Notes: generated by a model not told the origin, from the sequence alone. DNA of 64,000 nucleotides from Octopus vulgaris (GCA_951406725.2 OX597818.1:69378001-69442000), one strand, 5' to 3'. Positions 36,556-51,043 are shown, numbered from the stretch's first letter. Made by a program: numbers and translations.

Positions 36556-37548
36556 TTGATCACCATCAGTTTAATATTAAGGAAGGCAAAGGCAGTGAAT
36601 CAGTTCAAAAATGGTTATAGAAAAATTAACCATTTACTCTACATGGATGATCTGAAGCTTTTTAGTAAGAATGAAAAAGAAATAGATTCCTTAATACAGA
36701 CTGCAAGACTCTTCAGCAAAGATATGGGCATGGAATTTGGCAGAGATAAGTGTGCAATATTAGTCATGAGAAGGGGACAGGTAGTGAGCAGCGAAGGCAT
36801 CCAATTACCTGATGGCCAGACATTAAAAACATTGATAGGGGGAGAGAGAGTTATAAGTATCTAGGAGTATTAGAATCTGAGGGAGTACCAATTGCAGAAA
36901 GGAAAATGAAAATTGACAAGGAGTACATGAGAAGGGTGGGGAAGCTGATGAAGTCAAAGGTAAATGGTTCGAATCTTGTGAAGGCTGTAAATACTTGGGC
37001 TATATCATTACTTCGATACTCAGCAGCTTTTGTAGATTGGACAAAAACTGAATTAGCAAAGGTAGACAGAAGAACTGGAATGGAATTCAATGTGAATGGA
37101 GGACTCCACCCAAGGGCAGGAGTAGCACATTTATACTTATCTAGAGAGGAAGGTGGAATAGGGTTAATATCAGTAGAAGACTGCGTGGAGTTAGCTAGAA
37201 TAGATATAAACTCTTATGTAGGTACAAGTAAAGAAAGTTTACTAAAAGCTGCTAGAGTCCCAGCAAGACAAAAGGAAACCAAAACACCAAGTGAACTTAA
37301 AAACCAGAGAAAAGAACAGAAACTATCTAACTGGCAGGAGAAGGCGTTGCATGGTAGATTCTCAAAGATAGTTTCAGTAAATAGTACTATTGAGACATGA
37401 CTATGATTGCAGAAAGGAAAGCTGAAAAGGGAGACAGAAAGCTTGGTAGCAGCTACACAAGATCAAGCATCAAGGACTAATTGGATAAAAGATTCCCACT
37501 GTAGACTATGTAAGTCAAAAGAGGAAAGCATTACTCATATGGGAATGT
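36556..37548 (+). mobile_element. Degenerate R4/Dong internal fragment (RT end to zinc finger)
   Basis: KINHLLYMDDLKLF...MGMEFGRDKCA, YKYLG, LHPRAGVAHLYLSREEGGIGL, WQEKALHG, CRLC. Starts after a TAA/CAA tract. Confidence 0.9.
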
Positions 37549-40324
37549 AGGATAACTGGCAAAGCAATATAAATGCAAAAGGGTTACTGTATTGAAGCTG
37601 ACATGAATGACATGTGCTTGAGGGGAATTCCAGAGGGATGAAACTCTGCAGAAGAAGGAATGGGCATGGAAGTTAGAGTGAGATTTAGATGAGTTGGATA
37701 CAAAATTACTGATATGAGGAGTGAATCTAGAGTGCGAGGTTCAATTCACAGTTGACTCTATTGTTACTCTAATAAACAATGACCAGCCCATCTTTTATTC
37801 AGGTGCAGTCTACTTAGAACTATACCATGCTGTATGTTCTTCAACCCACCAGCACTCCCCCACCACCACCACCGACTTTGTCAGATGTTACGATGAGACA
37901 TGAAAAATTTGGTCACTAACTGTAGCAGGTCAAGCACCGACATAGAGGTCCCATTCATTGGCCTGCAGAACATGTGTTGATTTCAGATGAAAACTAAATT
38001 TACATTTCAATATTGATATCAAAAATACAATCTAGCAATGCATTCCTTCTTTCTTCCTTTTTGCTTCCTTTCTATTTTTCTTTCCTTCTTTCTTTCCTTT
38101 CTTCCTTCCTTATTTCTTATTATATTTATTTAATTATTCATTCATTCATTTAGTCTCAAATTGACAAGATCAATAATAAATTTCTGTAATATTTTAAGCT
38201 AAAATTCAACCTTTTAGCTACATCTTGACGAAGTAAAGTATGAAGATAATAAAAATAAAAATAACAGTAATAATAATAATGATGATGATGATGATGATGA
38301 TGATGATGGTAATACTAATAACGATAATAATAATAATAAATATATTTCATCGAAGAGTGTAATCCATTAGAATATTATCGGGGGTGGAGAGAGAATGCTT
38401 CTCTTTCATTGCCATTTGTTTTACTACTGTTCATTAACACCAGGCTTTTTACGATAAATTTTAAGATCCAAGAATTAAAAGTTCAATGCATCAAAGAAGA
38501 GTTTTCCTTGTTCTGACTTTAATTCCGTTGACAGATTGTCAAATTTCATAGACTTGAAGATGAAAAAAAAAAAACTGAAATTAAATAAAAGAAAAGAAAA
38601 GAAAAAGTAACCAGGAAAAAAAATTTATGAATTAAGAAAATATGAATTATTAATTTACTTCCAATATTGGCGGCAGAAAAAAATGGTAAGAATGGATTTT
38701 TCTTGAAAATATTAATGGGGATAATGTTAACATATATTGTAAATAACAAGAGCTGGGTAGTTGTTGCAGATGTAGTTGTTGTTGTTGTTTCTGTTATTAT
38801 TATATAGAAATAATTATTTAGCATCTCCTGGGTTGAATTCAAAGCTCTATTACTATCTAGGTTACTGTCTTATAGCATACTGTTGTTTAAAGGCAAAAAA
38901 TCATTAAAAAAAATAATAATTCAGAGCTGCCATCTGCATGACAAAATAATATCTATGGTAGTAATAATTTGTGTATAATGTAGGGATCATTGAAAACCAA
39001 ACTAGAAGTAACTATGTGATAAGGCATAAGCAACAGTATCAATTAATCGATAAGATTATTTCGGCAGATAGGTTTAATTCTAGATAAATTTCAGTGTTAT
39101 TATGACCTCATCAGCAAGAATATAGACTTTACCGTTCCATGTTAAAGAAACTGTTGAAAAATTTTTGAGATAAATGTAAAAAATTATATACTGGTTGATG
39201 TTAAAATATAGAATTTAACTCCAAGAAACACCTTTTATATGAAAACCAAGAGTATTAAGGTATTTAAAACTAATTAAGCCTAGAGAGAAATAAGTATGAT
39301 TTGAGGAAAATGTGGAAATATAATATGAGCTATTGACTAATATTATATAGAAGGGAGACATATCTGCACATGTTTCAACCTTGTAAGGACATCATCAGCC
39401 AAGCATAAATTTTGCCATTCTTGTTAAAGTAGTAATAAGAGAATCCATACAAAATAAAGTAAAACTATTTAGAGATCTGAAATTATAATGGGATATAATA
39501 ACAATATTGGCTGCAAACCTGGGTATTGTTGCCTGTAATGTAGAGGAAAGAAATATTGACATGGCCAATATCAGTTTGTGCCAGTCACGTTCAGGACCTC
39601 AGGTATCCTCCAACGCCTCACTGGTGATTTCCTCTACAAAATCAGGATAAATATAGCCTGATTGAGAAATGAGCCCCACAGGGTGGGAACACTGCTGCAA
39701 TGTGTGTTGCTAGCCATTCTCTATGCAAACCCCCTTTACAATCCTGTCTGTGAGGCACAACTAAACTCACCATTTGTTTTGGGGTGTTCAACCCATTTCC
39801 CCTTCCTGCTTAACCCCAGTTGTTTTCTTTGTTTCTTCGGTGAACGAGTTGTGGGTCTTTTCCTTCTCTCAGTCATTTGATCTTTAATTCTTTTAATGTT
39901 TTTTCTTTCCTATAAAAATATTTTGTTGATAAAAACAAAATTCGTTTCGTTTATGATTAAAATTAGAAATAATATCTAAGTATTACCAAAGTATGTTTGA
40001 TCTTAAAGTAGAATTGAGCAAGACAAACCAGCAATACTCTTTACTTTTCCCTTGTCTACTGACTTTAGAATGTGTTTAGATTGATTTCGGGGGAATTGAA
40101 CTCTTGATCATTCCTTTTGAAGTTTGATTGCTGAACCAAGCAACACATTGAATCTTTAAGATGTGCATAAAGGGTGGCACGACCAACTGAAATCCTTCTT
40201 CTTGGAGGGACTGCACAAGCTTGTGGACCACTGAACCAAGTGCAGTTAAGTTTTGGAGTTCATCACCAAGGGAAGTAACTCTGAGGGAATCATTGCGATG
40301 GCATTGACGTTTCATGGCTACTTC

Positions 40325-41608
40325 TTATTTTTTCAGTATATTTACATGAAAGCAGGGGATAAACAAGTGCACCCTTTTTCTATACAGTCTCCTTGTTTTT
40401 CAATGCCCTTGGTCCAGTGCTCCACAAGCTTGTGCAGTCCCTCCAAGAAGAGAGGTTTCAGTTGGTCGTGCCACCCTTTGTGCACCTCTTCCTTCACATC
40501 TTCATCCGTTGGAAATCAACTCATAAACCCTCTTTGAGCAGTCAAAAGATGTGATAGTTGAAAGGAGCAAGATCTGGGCTGTAGGCAAAGTGTGTTCCAG
40601 CACCTCAAACCCTAATTGGTTAATGGTTTCAAGGGTCTGAGTGGCAATGTGTGGACATATATGGTCATGCAGCAACAAAACTTCCTTCAATGGTAGTCTT
40701 TGGCATTTGGTACAAATTGCTGCTTCAGCTTTTTGGCCAGCAAAGCACTGTATCTTGCACTGTTGATCGTTCACCCCTTTTACAGACAGTCTTCCACTAT
40801 AGGCCCTTTTGAGTCCCCAAAAAGGGTTAGCATCACCTTTCCCATAGAAAACCAAGTCTTGAATTTCTTCATCGCTGGCAAGCCATGTATGTTCCCACTG
40901 CATACTCTGTCTTTAGGATCCTGCCTCATAATGATGGACCTACATTTCATCACCTGTGACTATTCTGCTCAAAAATTCTTCACCCTCATTGTTGTAGCAA
41001 TCAAGTAAACATTGGCAAACCTCAAGATGTTTGCGCTTGTGCTCTGCAGTAAGCTCTCTTGGCATCCAACTTGCACAGACTTTATGGAAGCCAAGCTCAT
41101 CATGGATGATTTGATAGGCAAAACTATGAGTAATCTGCAAAGAATAAGTTACCTCTTCGATAATAACACGCCGATTCACTATTACCATCTCTTGAGCTTG
41201 CTGAATCTTCTTATCAGTGGTGGAGGGTGAAGGGGCATCCTGCTCCCTCTTCGTGTGTCGTCCTGCTTCAACCACTTCTAAACATTTTCATCCACTCATA
41301 CACAATTCTAAATGGTAGTGCACTCTCTCCATTCTGTGCTAAAAACCTCCAATGAATTCCAGCCCCTGACACGCCTTTCGACCAGAGAAACCAGATCACT
41401 GCTCTTTGTTCTTCTTTCGTGCACATTTCTAATGCAGTTGTCATGCTCACACTGTAAAGCCTGAAAGATAAAATGGCCCGATTAGGCTCAAACTTCGATC
41501 ACGTGACCACAATAGTACCAACTATAAGCATACATGTGCAGAAGGCAGTGAAGCAATAATAAAGATATGTTATGGTAAAAGAGCAGATAATTTTTGACTT
41601 CCCCCCTG
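40325..41608 (-). mobile_element. Inactivated mariner transposon (one TIR retained)
   Basis: Minus-strand fragments EQRAVIWFLW, WMPRELT, IVTGDE, LLLHDH..PH and YSPDLAPFNYHIF. Terminal CAGGGGGGAAGTCAAAAATTATC next to (TA)n. Confidence 0.88.
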
Positions 41609-41632
41609 TATATATATATATATATGTATATA

Positions 41633-41695
<63 letters not shown>

Positions 41696-41696
41696 A

Positions 41697-41958
41697 AGTT
41701 CAGTAAAAATTTAGATTCATTTGAATATGGTACTTAAGTTGAAGGCATCAGAATTTAGTATGGTATTATCCATGTAATTCAAAATGGTGTGATTACAATG
41801 AAAATAAGCAACAAGGATGTCTAGAGGTAAAGCAGTACGATCGTTTCACGTGACACCATTTAATTGAACAATGGAAGTATTACATCAGTTTTAAAATGTA
41901 GAGCTATCTTCAGCTGCATTTGGAATTTTTTGTTAAATTGAAAAGATTCATATTTATA
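41697..41958 (-). mobile_element. Penelope-like terminal repeat with long-stem-II hammerhead motif (copy 1)
   Basis: Reverse complement of about 52515-52765. Minus strand reads GCAG-CTGAAGA...GAAA-CGATCGTA-CTGC. Abuts (TA)n. Confidence 0.72.
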
Positions 41959-41959
41959 C

Positions 41960-43030
41960 TTATTCCATTTATCAGCATCACAAAGTGGGTAAGTAGAGAG
42001 ACAGAGAGGCCATTCTCATCAACAGAAACATGGTAGTAAATGATATTTAATCTTGGATGCACCACTTATCACTGAATTTTCTGTTATTTAGATTTACTAT
42101 TGGGGGAGGGGGTTTAATATTATTCAATTAAGTCCAGTGGAGACAACACCAGGAATCCATCTTCTTATAGATAGAGGAAGAGTCAGTTTAAGTGGCAGAG
42201 CCATAAATCAAGCTCTCTTTGAAGAACTCCTTCTGGTACAGTTGAATGTATTTCAGCCAAAGCTGATGGGGTAGGGAGAATAGAAAACTTCCAATACTTA
42301 ACTAATTAACATCCATAATCCTACTTGTAAGACTAAATAACATAGATATTATTGTCTGTTCAATTATCAGGTTTTGAATATTAATTAAGGGGATTTAGAA
42401 GAACTTTTTATGAGAATATTCTTAGCCAAAAAAGTTACTAATTAGCACACATCAAAAAAACCTTTAAAATATTTTAAAATACAATGGAAGGGAGGTAACC
42501 AAGATAGAAGTTCCTAGAATTAGGGATCTTTAAATTTAGTATTCAAGAATGAAGTATGGTTTATATGGGGCATAATAATTTAGGCTAGTTAGGGGTAATA
42601 TTTATAACAAAGAAAAAAAGTGGGGGGGGGGGGATTTGGTGTAGTAGTATTCTTGCAGAAGTAGATATGGAAAAATTACTAATTCTATTAAAAACTTTTT
42701 GAAGACTAAGTATACAACTTAATAATTTTGTTAGATAAATGGAATTTATGCAATAGTTATAGAAATTTAAAAAGATTTTATTCTGCTTCATTCAATTTAT
42801 TTATATTACTAAATTTCTTAATAATTAATGTAGATTAAATAAAAACTAGTAGGGTATATAATTTCCTTATATAATTTCAGAACATTTAGATTTGAAATAT
42901 AGGAATAGACAGAATGCTATTCTTTAAAATATTTAAAGGTACAGGTAGTGCAGTGTATGCAAGATACTCCTAGATCAAAACGGTTATTCAATAAGTTTAC
43001 ATTATCTCTATGTTTCAAAATTTCATATAT
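41960..43030 (-). mobile_element. Possible decayed Penelope-like element body
   Basis: AT-rich, non-microsatellite sequence directly upstream (minus strand) of the hammerhead repeat. Only weak peptide resemblance (VFNRISNFS). Confidence 0.3.
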
Positions 43031-43259
43031 CTCCATAGAACAAAGTTCACATCCATCTCTACTATTTTTATAAGGCTGCACCTTTCTTATTATATCCCAT
43101 ATATATGTTTATATATATACATACATATACATACATATAATTATATCTTTGAGTGTGTATACATGTGTTTGTATTGCACATTCACTTGATAACTGATGTT
43201 GGTTCATTAACATCCCTATAACTCTGCAGTTTTGCAAAATGATATCAATAAAAGATATC

Positions 43260-43376
43260 AATGGTTCCAGGTTCAGTCCCATTGTGTGGCACATTGGGAA
43301 AGAGTCTTTACTAGTCTCAGACTGACCAAAGCCTTGTGAGTAAATTTGGTAGACGGAAACTGAAAGAAACCTGTCT

Positions 43377-43445
<69 letters not shown>

Positions 43446-43815
43446 GTATGAGTGTCTTTGTGTCTGTGTTTGCACCCTCACCATGACTGATGTTGGTGTG
43501 TTTATGTCACTGAAACTTAGCAGTTCGGCAAAAGAGACCAATAGAATAAGTACTAGGCTTGCAAAGAATAATCCTGGGGTTGATTTCCCCAGCTAAAGCC
43601 AGAGCTCCAGCATGGCTACAGTCAAATGACCGAAATGTGCTAAAAAAGTAAGAGAGTATATACAACGGGCTTCTTTCAGTTTCCATCTACCAAATCCACT
43701 CCTAAGGCTTTGGTCGTCCCAAGGCTGTGGTAGAAGACACTTGCTCGAGTGCCATGCAGTGGGACTGAACCTGGAAAAATGTGGTTGGTAAGCAAGCTTC
43801 TTACCACAGAGCCAT
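43260..43815. mobile_element. Tail-to-tail SINE family A pair (+ 43260-43655; - 43662-43815)
   Basis: aaagccttgtgagtaaatttggtagacggaaactgaaagaa versus ttctttcagtttccatctaccaaatccactcctaaggcttt. Confidence 0.85.
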
Positions 43816-43817
43816 GC

Positions 43818-44483
43818 AAGATGACGATGATGACGATGACAATGACGATGATGATGAAACTGATGATGATGATGATGATGATGATGATGGTGGTGATGAT
43901 GATGACGATGATGATGACAACAACGACAACGACAACGACGAGGAAATAAGAACATGGAGAATGTTTTTGTAAATTTTGCAAATGTGGTGGAATCCAGGTG
44001 TGTATCCAGGAATGGAATGTTGATGATATTTTCTGAAAAGGTAGAAGAAAAGGCCAGAGCAATGATTGTGATTTTTAAGATTTCAGTGAAGGTTCCATTA
44101 TCTGACAGAAAGGCATTTCGTTATAAATAGTTCCAAATTCTGTGGCAGTTTGATAAATCTCTGCGAGATATTTAGCAATGGTGGTGGTGGTGGAGGGAGT
44201 TGGAGGTGGTGCCATTCAGATCAGGTGGATTCCCCCCACCCCCCACCGCCGCCGGACCCTTTCACTGACGATTATTTTATTTTTTGCACATGCATGTCTT
44301 CTTCGTTAGTTCTCCCTTTAACAAACACAACACAAAATAAAAAGGAATGAATTCAGAAATGGCGTCAGAGGTGGAGGTGGAGAAGGGGGCATTGGAGGTG
44401 GAGGAGGCGGTGGAACAGCGGAGGTGGTGGTGGTGGTGGTGGCGGCGGCAGTGGTGGAAGTAGTTTTGATGGTGGTGGTGGTG

Positions 44484-44536
<53 letters not shown>

Positions 44537-46121
44537 GGTGGTGGTTGGCAGAGAAGGGGGAGGAGGAGGGGGAGGGGGAGGAAGGGAGGAGGAAAACAAC
44601 AAAGAAAGAACAACAGCAACAACATGAAGAATGAACACGAAGGAGGAAGAAGAAATAACTGAATTCCTTCACCATTCTTCCACGATATTTCTTTCTTTTA
44701 CGTTGCCATCCCTATTGCTAATACAACCATTAATGGTTTCAGTTGCGTTACTGCTTCCATCACATGACCATCACCACTGTAACCACCATCCCCACCATCA
44801 CCCTCATCATCATCATCATCATTTCTATCATCACCTCCTTTGCCACCACCATCTCTAGCAAAAACCGTCTTCCCCCACATCTCAATCAACTCCATAACCA
44901 CCACCACCACCACCACCTCCACTGTCACCAACTCCACCATCTCCACCAACAGTGATATAATCTCTATCATCATCATCATCATCATCATCATCACCATTAC
45001 TACCACCAACAACACAGCTACCCTCATCACACAACCAACATCACAACCATCATCAGCATCATCAGCATCACCCCCCCTTCCATTTCCAAAGCCATTTTTA
45101 TTCCAGGAAGAATCCTTTGACAGCAATTTTGTTTTCTAGTTTACATTCAGACTCACTTGACTAAAAGAAGAACAAAAAAATCAAAAGTTCTCACTCTCCT
45201 TCTCTCTCTCTTTCACTTTCTTTCTCTCTCTCACTCCTTCTCTAGCTCTCGTCTCTCTTTCTCACTCTCCTTCTCTCTCTCTCCTTCTTTCTCTCTTTCA
45301 CTTTCTTTCTCTCTCTCGCTTTCTCCTTTTTCCTCTTTCCATTTCACATCTCTTTCTTTTTCCTCTTTCGTTCTCTCTCTCTCCCTTTCTCGCTCTCTTT
45401 CTCTCTTTCCCTTTATTTCTCTTTCACTCCCTCTTTCACCTCTCTCTCTCTCTCTCTCATCCATTACTATCCTACTGATACCCTCCCTCCCCATGCACCC
45501 AATTAAAACCCTCCCCCGCCCATCCACCCAAACACTGCATTTCACCAAAAATTACCTGGAAACCTCACTCTTGCAGTTGCTCTCGTATAATGTTTCCTTT
45601 ACACCTGCAATTTATTGTGTCAAGATTCCATTAAGCGGGGGCAATTGCTACAGTCATTACATATTCTATTGAATGCCTTGTGGTGTTAGTTCCAAACCTC
45701 TGAATCAGAGTTCAAATCCCTCCAGGATGAAATTCAGCTTTCATCTTCTTTGGGGCTGATTAAAAAGGACCAAACCAAAACAATTGAACAGCAGAACTGT
45801 AAGAACATGGACCCAGATACTTTGTGGTATTTATTCCACTTCCTTGCATTCTGAGTTCAAATCCTGCCTTGACACTCTTGGTCAGTTGGTAGGTTAGTTG
45901 GCTGGTAGATTTAATTCATCACCCAATATGACACCCATGTCTGAGAATTGAGTGTCTTTAATGGAGTCTACTCTGCTGCAAGAAGATGAAGATGATGATG
46001 ATGATGGCAATGATGGTGGTGGTGATGGCGTTGGAGGTGGCGATGACAATGACGACAATGACGGTGATGAAAACAATGATACTGATAATGATTATAGTGA
46101 TGATGGTGATGATGATGATGG

Positions 46122-46162
<41 letters not shown>

Positions 46163-46165
46163 GTA
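43818..46165. repeat. Cluster of triplet and CT low-complexity tracts ((GAT)n, (GGT)n, (GTA)n, (CAC)n, (CAT)n, CT-rich) with short unique spacers
   Basis: Direct reading; explains the homopolymeric ORFs in all frames. Confidence 0.9.
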
Positions 46166-46404
46166 GACAAACCCCACCATGTTGTGCTTATGCATGTTCT
46201 TCTAAGATGGTAACTCATTAGATCCAAGTACCAGATCCTTTGCCGTGTTCGTTGTGGTTCTCTTCTCTCAAAGTTCTGACTTCCTGTTTGACCAACAAAT
46301 TCATCCTGTCCAGTGTCCAGACAGGATTATCATGAGAAGACGAGGATCTCAGCATTAGAAAGCAAACCTCTTAAGCATTTGGCTGCAAAGAAGAACAAAG
46401 AAGT

Positions 46405-46816
46405 AGGTGCAGGCGTGGCTGTGTGGTAAGACGTCTGCTTCCCAATGGCATGATTCCAGGTTCAGTCCCACTGTGTGGCACCTTGAGTAAATGTCTTCAA
46501 CTGTAGCCTTAGGTTGACCAAAGCCTTGGGAGTGGATTTGGTAAACAGAAACTGAAGGAAGCCTAACATCTATATATATATGTGCATACATTTGTGTGTG
46601 TGTGTGTGTGTGCATCTGTGTTTGTCCCCACCACCTCTTGACAACCAGTGTTGGTGTGTTTACATCCCTGAAACTTAGCAGTTCAGCAAAAGAGATTGAT
46701 ATAATAAGTATAAGGCTTTAAAAAAAAGTAAGCCCTGGAGTTGATTAGTTTGAGTAAAATTCATCAAGGTGGTGCCCCAGCATGGCCACAGTCAAATGAC
46801 TCAAACAAGTAAGAGA
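46405..46816 (+). mobile_element. SINE family A, full length
   Basis: Colinear with 6701-7088. Confidence 0.88.
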
Positions 46817-48132
46817 CAGAAGAAAACCGATCTTGTCAACTGGCAGAACATTTAGTGTTTTGGAAGGAATGCTTGACATTCTGGGTTCAGATTATCTTGT
46901 GGTAAACATTTCTTTTTATTCTCATGTGTGTGGGGTGGAGAGGATGCTAAAAAAAAAAGTCAACCCAAGACAGAAAACTAGAAGATCTCTAAGAATTTTG
47001 GGAGGGGTGGTTACCTTGCAGCATTTGTTCTGGCTTTGTATATTGTGAGTTCAAATTCCACTTTGGCTACTTGCTTGATAGACTCAACCATTTTCACAGA
47101 ACCAGAAGCAATGTCAGGGCCTGAAATCACACCTGGTTCTATAGTTTAAACATTTTTAAATGATTTAAATTAAAACTGTCCATTATTATAATACCAGATT
47201 AACAATGACAAAATTGTTTTATTAAATTCTCCATGATTTTCAAATTTAATTGAAAGAAAAGCTGTGTTCTCCAACAGAAATTTGGCAAAAAATGGTTAAG
47301 TTTAATGCAAAGCTTAAGATCACAACCAAGCTTCTTAGGTACCTTTAATAGGGTCCACTCTGTCCACAGTATCCAGGATAGATTGTCAGTTTGAGAATAC
47401 CAGCCTCACTGTTTCCCTTAGTTTTGGGAGGCTGTAAAGGGTCATGGACCCTGTCTTTCTTCCTGACTAAAAAATAACAAACATTCAACAAAATAGGGAC
47501 AAAAATATAATGATTTTGGTAAAGTTTTTAGTGGGTTGTTTTTCTTTTTTCTTGTTCTATGAATAAACAAGAAAACGTCTATAAAAAATATAGACAAAAA
47601 AAATCATATGATATCAATCGCTAGACAAGAAGAAAGTCTTTAATGAATTCACAAGGCAATTTTATTAGCCTTGCAAATGAAAAACAAGTAAATATCCTGT
47701 ATGAAGTAACCATTGGAGATAAAGAAACACGACTCCCTGGCTTTGATCCGTAGGAGGCATTTCAGTTGAGACGTAATGATAAACAAACAGAGATGTTGTG
47801 GAGTCATAAATATATGTTGTTCAAAACAGTTCTCTTTTAATAGGATCAATTAGAAATATGTTCAATAACGTAAGCTAAAGACTATTTTATTAATCAAGAA
47901 AAAAAAATCTATGGAGAAATATTCTCTTGATTTCGGTGGAACTTAATGAGTTGTGTTTGATACACAGATAAGCTGTTTATGAGTTAATCATGTAACGAAA
48001 TTGTATTATGTTCGCTTAAGTGGAACCGAAAGAGTTCATACGAGTATCGATGAAGCATAGGTCTTGTTGGCTTGCATGCACATTTCTGTGTGTGCGTGTG
48101 TGTGTGTGTGTGTATACATTTATATATATATA

Positions 48133-48209
<77 letters not shown>

Positions 48210-48503
48210 CATAGATAAGTTTATATATTTGTATGTGTATTATATATTTACGTGTGAATATATATTTATACATCAGTATATAATTCATATAGATATATGT
48301 GTGTGTATATATATGTATATGTATCTAACATGTATGTATGCATGTATGTAATATTAGAATAAATGTACACACACACACACACACACACACACGCACCCAG
48401 TTTCAATGTGTTAGTCAAGCATGTAATAAGGGTTATAAACAAAATAATAAGGTTCAGGTGTAATACAAAGATAATTGCCATCAGTTCATCATGAAACAAT
48501 AGC

Positions 48504-48580
<77 letters not shown>

Positions 48581-48620
48581 TGATGAAGATGATGATGATG
48601 ATGATGAAGACGATAATGAT
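48504..48620 (+). repeat. (TAA)n-(GAT)n microsatellite
   Basis: Direct reading of the sequence. Confidence 0.95.
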
Positions 48621-48762
48621 AACAGCATCAAAAACAACACGAATAAAGATAATGATAAATAGAGAAAATAGATCGGTTATCAAACAAAGAACTTTTTTAT
48701 AGACTTCAGACAATAAGAGTATGTAACTGATTATATATGTCTGCATGCGTGCATGTATATAC

Positions 48763-48805
<43 letters not shown>

Positions 48806-48848
48806 ACTTAATCTAGATCAATGAATACACAAAGGTTCCCAAGAGCTA

Positions 48849-48883
<35 letters not shown>

Positions 48884-49099
48884 CATACCTATATATAAAC
48901 ATGCATACATACATATATATATATATACACACACACATATATACATGCAAGGATACATACATACATATATATATAATTGTTAGCATTTGTAAATATTGAC
49001 AGAGTTGATAGATATTTGTAGGCTGCCTTTAATATTATGTGTGTGTAATGATGCAGGTATGAGCATGCTGGATAACATTCATTCAATGGACTCCTTGAC

Positions 49100-49285
<186 letters not shown>

Positions 49286-49470
49286 GTGTATATATGCATG
49301 TTATATTGAATTACGCACGAATGCTTGTACACATAAGCAACCAAGAGAAATGTTCATTCATGATAAGATATATATGTGCGTGTTGATGTATATATAACAA
49401 TGTCTATGCATAAATAGATGTATATGAATATGTACATGTATATATTTATATATAAGTATATATATATATA

Positions 49471-49501
<31 letters not shown>

Positions 49502-49518
49502 TACACATATATTTATAT

Positions 49519-50880
49519 ATCATCATCATCATCATCATCATCGTTTAACAAGCACCTTCCATGGTGGCATGGGTTGGACAGTCTGACAGGAGCTGGCTAG
49601 GCAGAAGACTGCACCAGACTTTGTGTCTGGTTTGGCATTTTTTTTTACGGCTGGAAAACTTTCCTAACACCAACAAACCAGAAGACTGGAATGAGTTCTG
49701 TTTATGTGGCACCAGCACAGGTGAGGTCAGTTTCAGCATGGTTTTTACAGCTGGTTGCTCTTCCAAATGTCAGCCACTTTACAGTGTGGACTGGATGCTT
49801 TTCACATGGCACCAGCACTGGCAGGGTCACCAAGGAACTTGCAAGACAAAGAGCAATCTTTGAGGTGGGAGGGGACATTGGAGGAAGTGATCTTGTATCA
49901 GATGATGAAAGATTAGAGTGTGACTGAGAGACAGAGATAAGTGTCTTGCTATAGAGGAGGTACATGGTTACCTGGCCAGAGAGAGAGAGAGAGAGAGAGT
50001 GGAGGACAGCAAGAGTGCAAGAAAGAACAGGAGAGAGATGGTGGGGTAATGCCAGGGCATATTCACAAGGATCAGGGATTAAAGTATAAATGGGTTGGCA
50101 CAATGAAGGAAGAGAGAGAGAGAGATGGTGGCAGGTGGCAGGGCATAGCCTCAAGGTACAGAGGTCATAATGTAAGTGTGAGTAGGGAGACGGGGTGGGG
50201 AATGCAATGACTGATGAAAGCTGGGTGGGGGACTACGGAATAGCAATGATGCAGTGAGCAGGGTAGTGGGGACAGGACTGGGGAGCGAGAGATAAGCATA
50301 GGGGCTTGACTGAGGAGATGTGAGGAAGAGAAGAGATGTAGTTTGGTTGTTGGGGTAGGATGTGGGAAAAGTTTTATTGTTAGGTGTAGGTGGAACGCAG
50401 AGTGCTTCTAGAACTCACTTTCACTGACATGGGAAGGTCTTCTCAAGAACTTCGTATCACCAGACTTCTTGGTCCATTGTCATTTTCTCTGTGAGGCCCA
50501 ACATCCTGAGATAAGTCCTTACCACTTCATCTCATATCTTCCTAGGGTCTCCTTCTGCCATGGGTTCCCTCCACTGTCAGTGATCAGCACTTCTTTATAC
50601 AGCTATCTTCATTCATATGCATCTCATGTCCAAACCAATATAGTCTCCTCTCTTGCACGTTGCATTTGATTCCACTTAAGCCCTACTCTTCTCTCAATAC
50701 ATTTACACTTTGTTGCACATGCACACTGATGTTGCACATCCAGCAGAGCACACTGCCTTCATTCGTCTCCTGTCTCTGCACGTCCTCTGCATTCAGAGGC
50801 CGTGTCTCACTACCATGGAGTATGACTGTTTGCACACAAGCATCTTACAGTCTACCTTTCACTCTGAGAAAGGTACTTTC
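49519..50880 (-). mobile_element. RTE-clade LINE 3' fragment with long CT-rich 3' UTR and family C end
   Basis: 50430-50880 is the reverse-complement homologue of 27190-27600 (e.g. gttgcacatgcacactgatgttgcacatccagcagagca). (CAT)n tail at 49519. Confidence 0.78.
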
Positions 50881-51043
50881 ACCTTCTTCCCTTCTTTGGA
50901 ATTTTTCTATATTTCTGATGAAGAGCTCCACATGAAACGTGAAAGCCTCTTTCTTTTCTTTCCTTTCCTGAGCATCCAATAACACAGTACTTGTAACATG
51001 CCCTCGCGTTGTTGTTTTTCTTGTTTATTCTTGTTTAGATTGA

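Noticed and set aside
39655-39695. ATGAGCCCCACAGGGTGGGAAC as a hammerhead relic
   Set aside because: Both core segments deviate and stems I and III are not evident.
43593-46227. ORFs with poly-His/Thr/Pro/Asp/Met runs that look like mucin or low-complexity proteins
   Set aside because: They are triplet microsatellites open in several frames on both strands, with no splice or domain support.
47680-47810. Unique TAAT/CTTTGAT-containing stretches as enhancers (also about 7255-7400, 24100-24310 and 45555-45670)
   Set aside because: Short motifs are expected by chance in AT-rich DNA; cross-species conservation or chromatin data would be needed.
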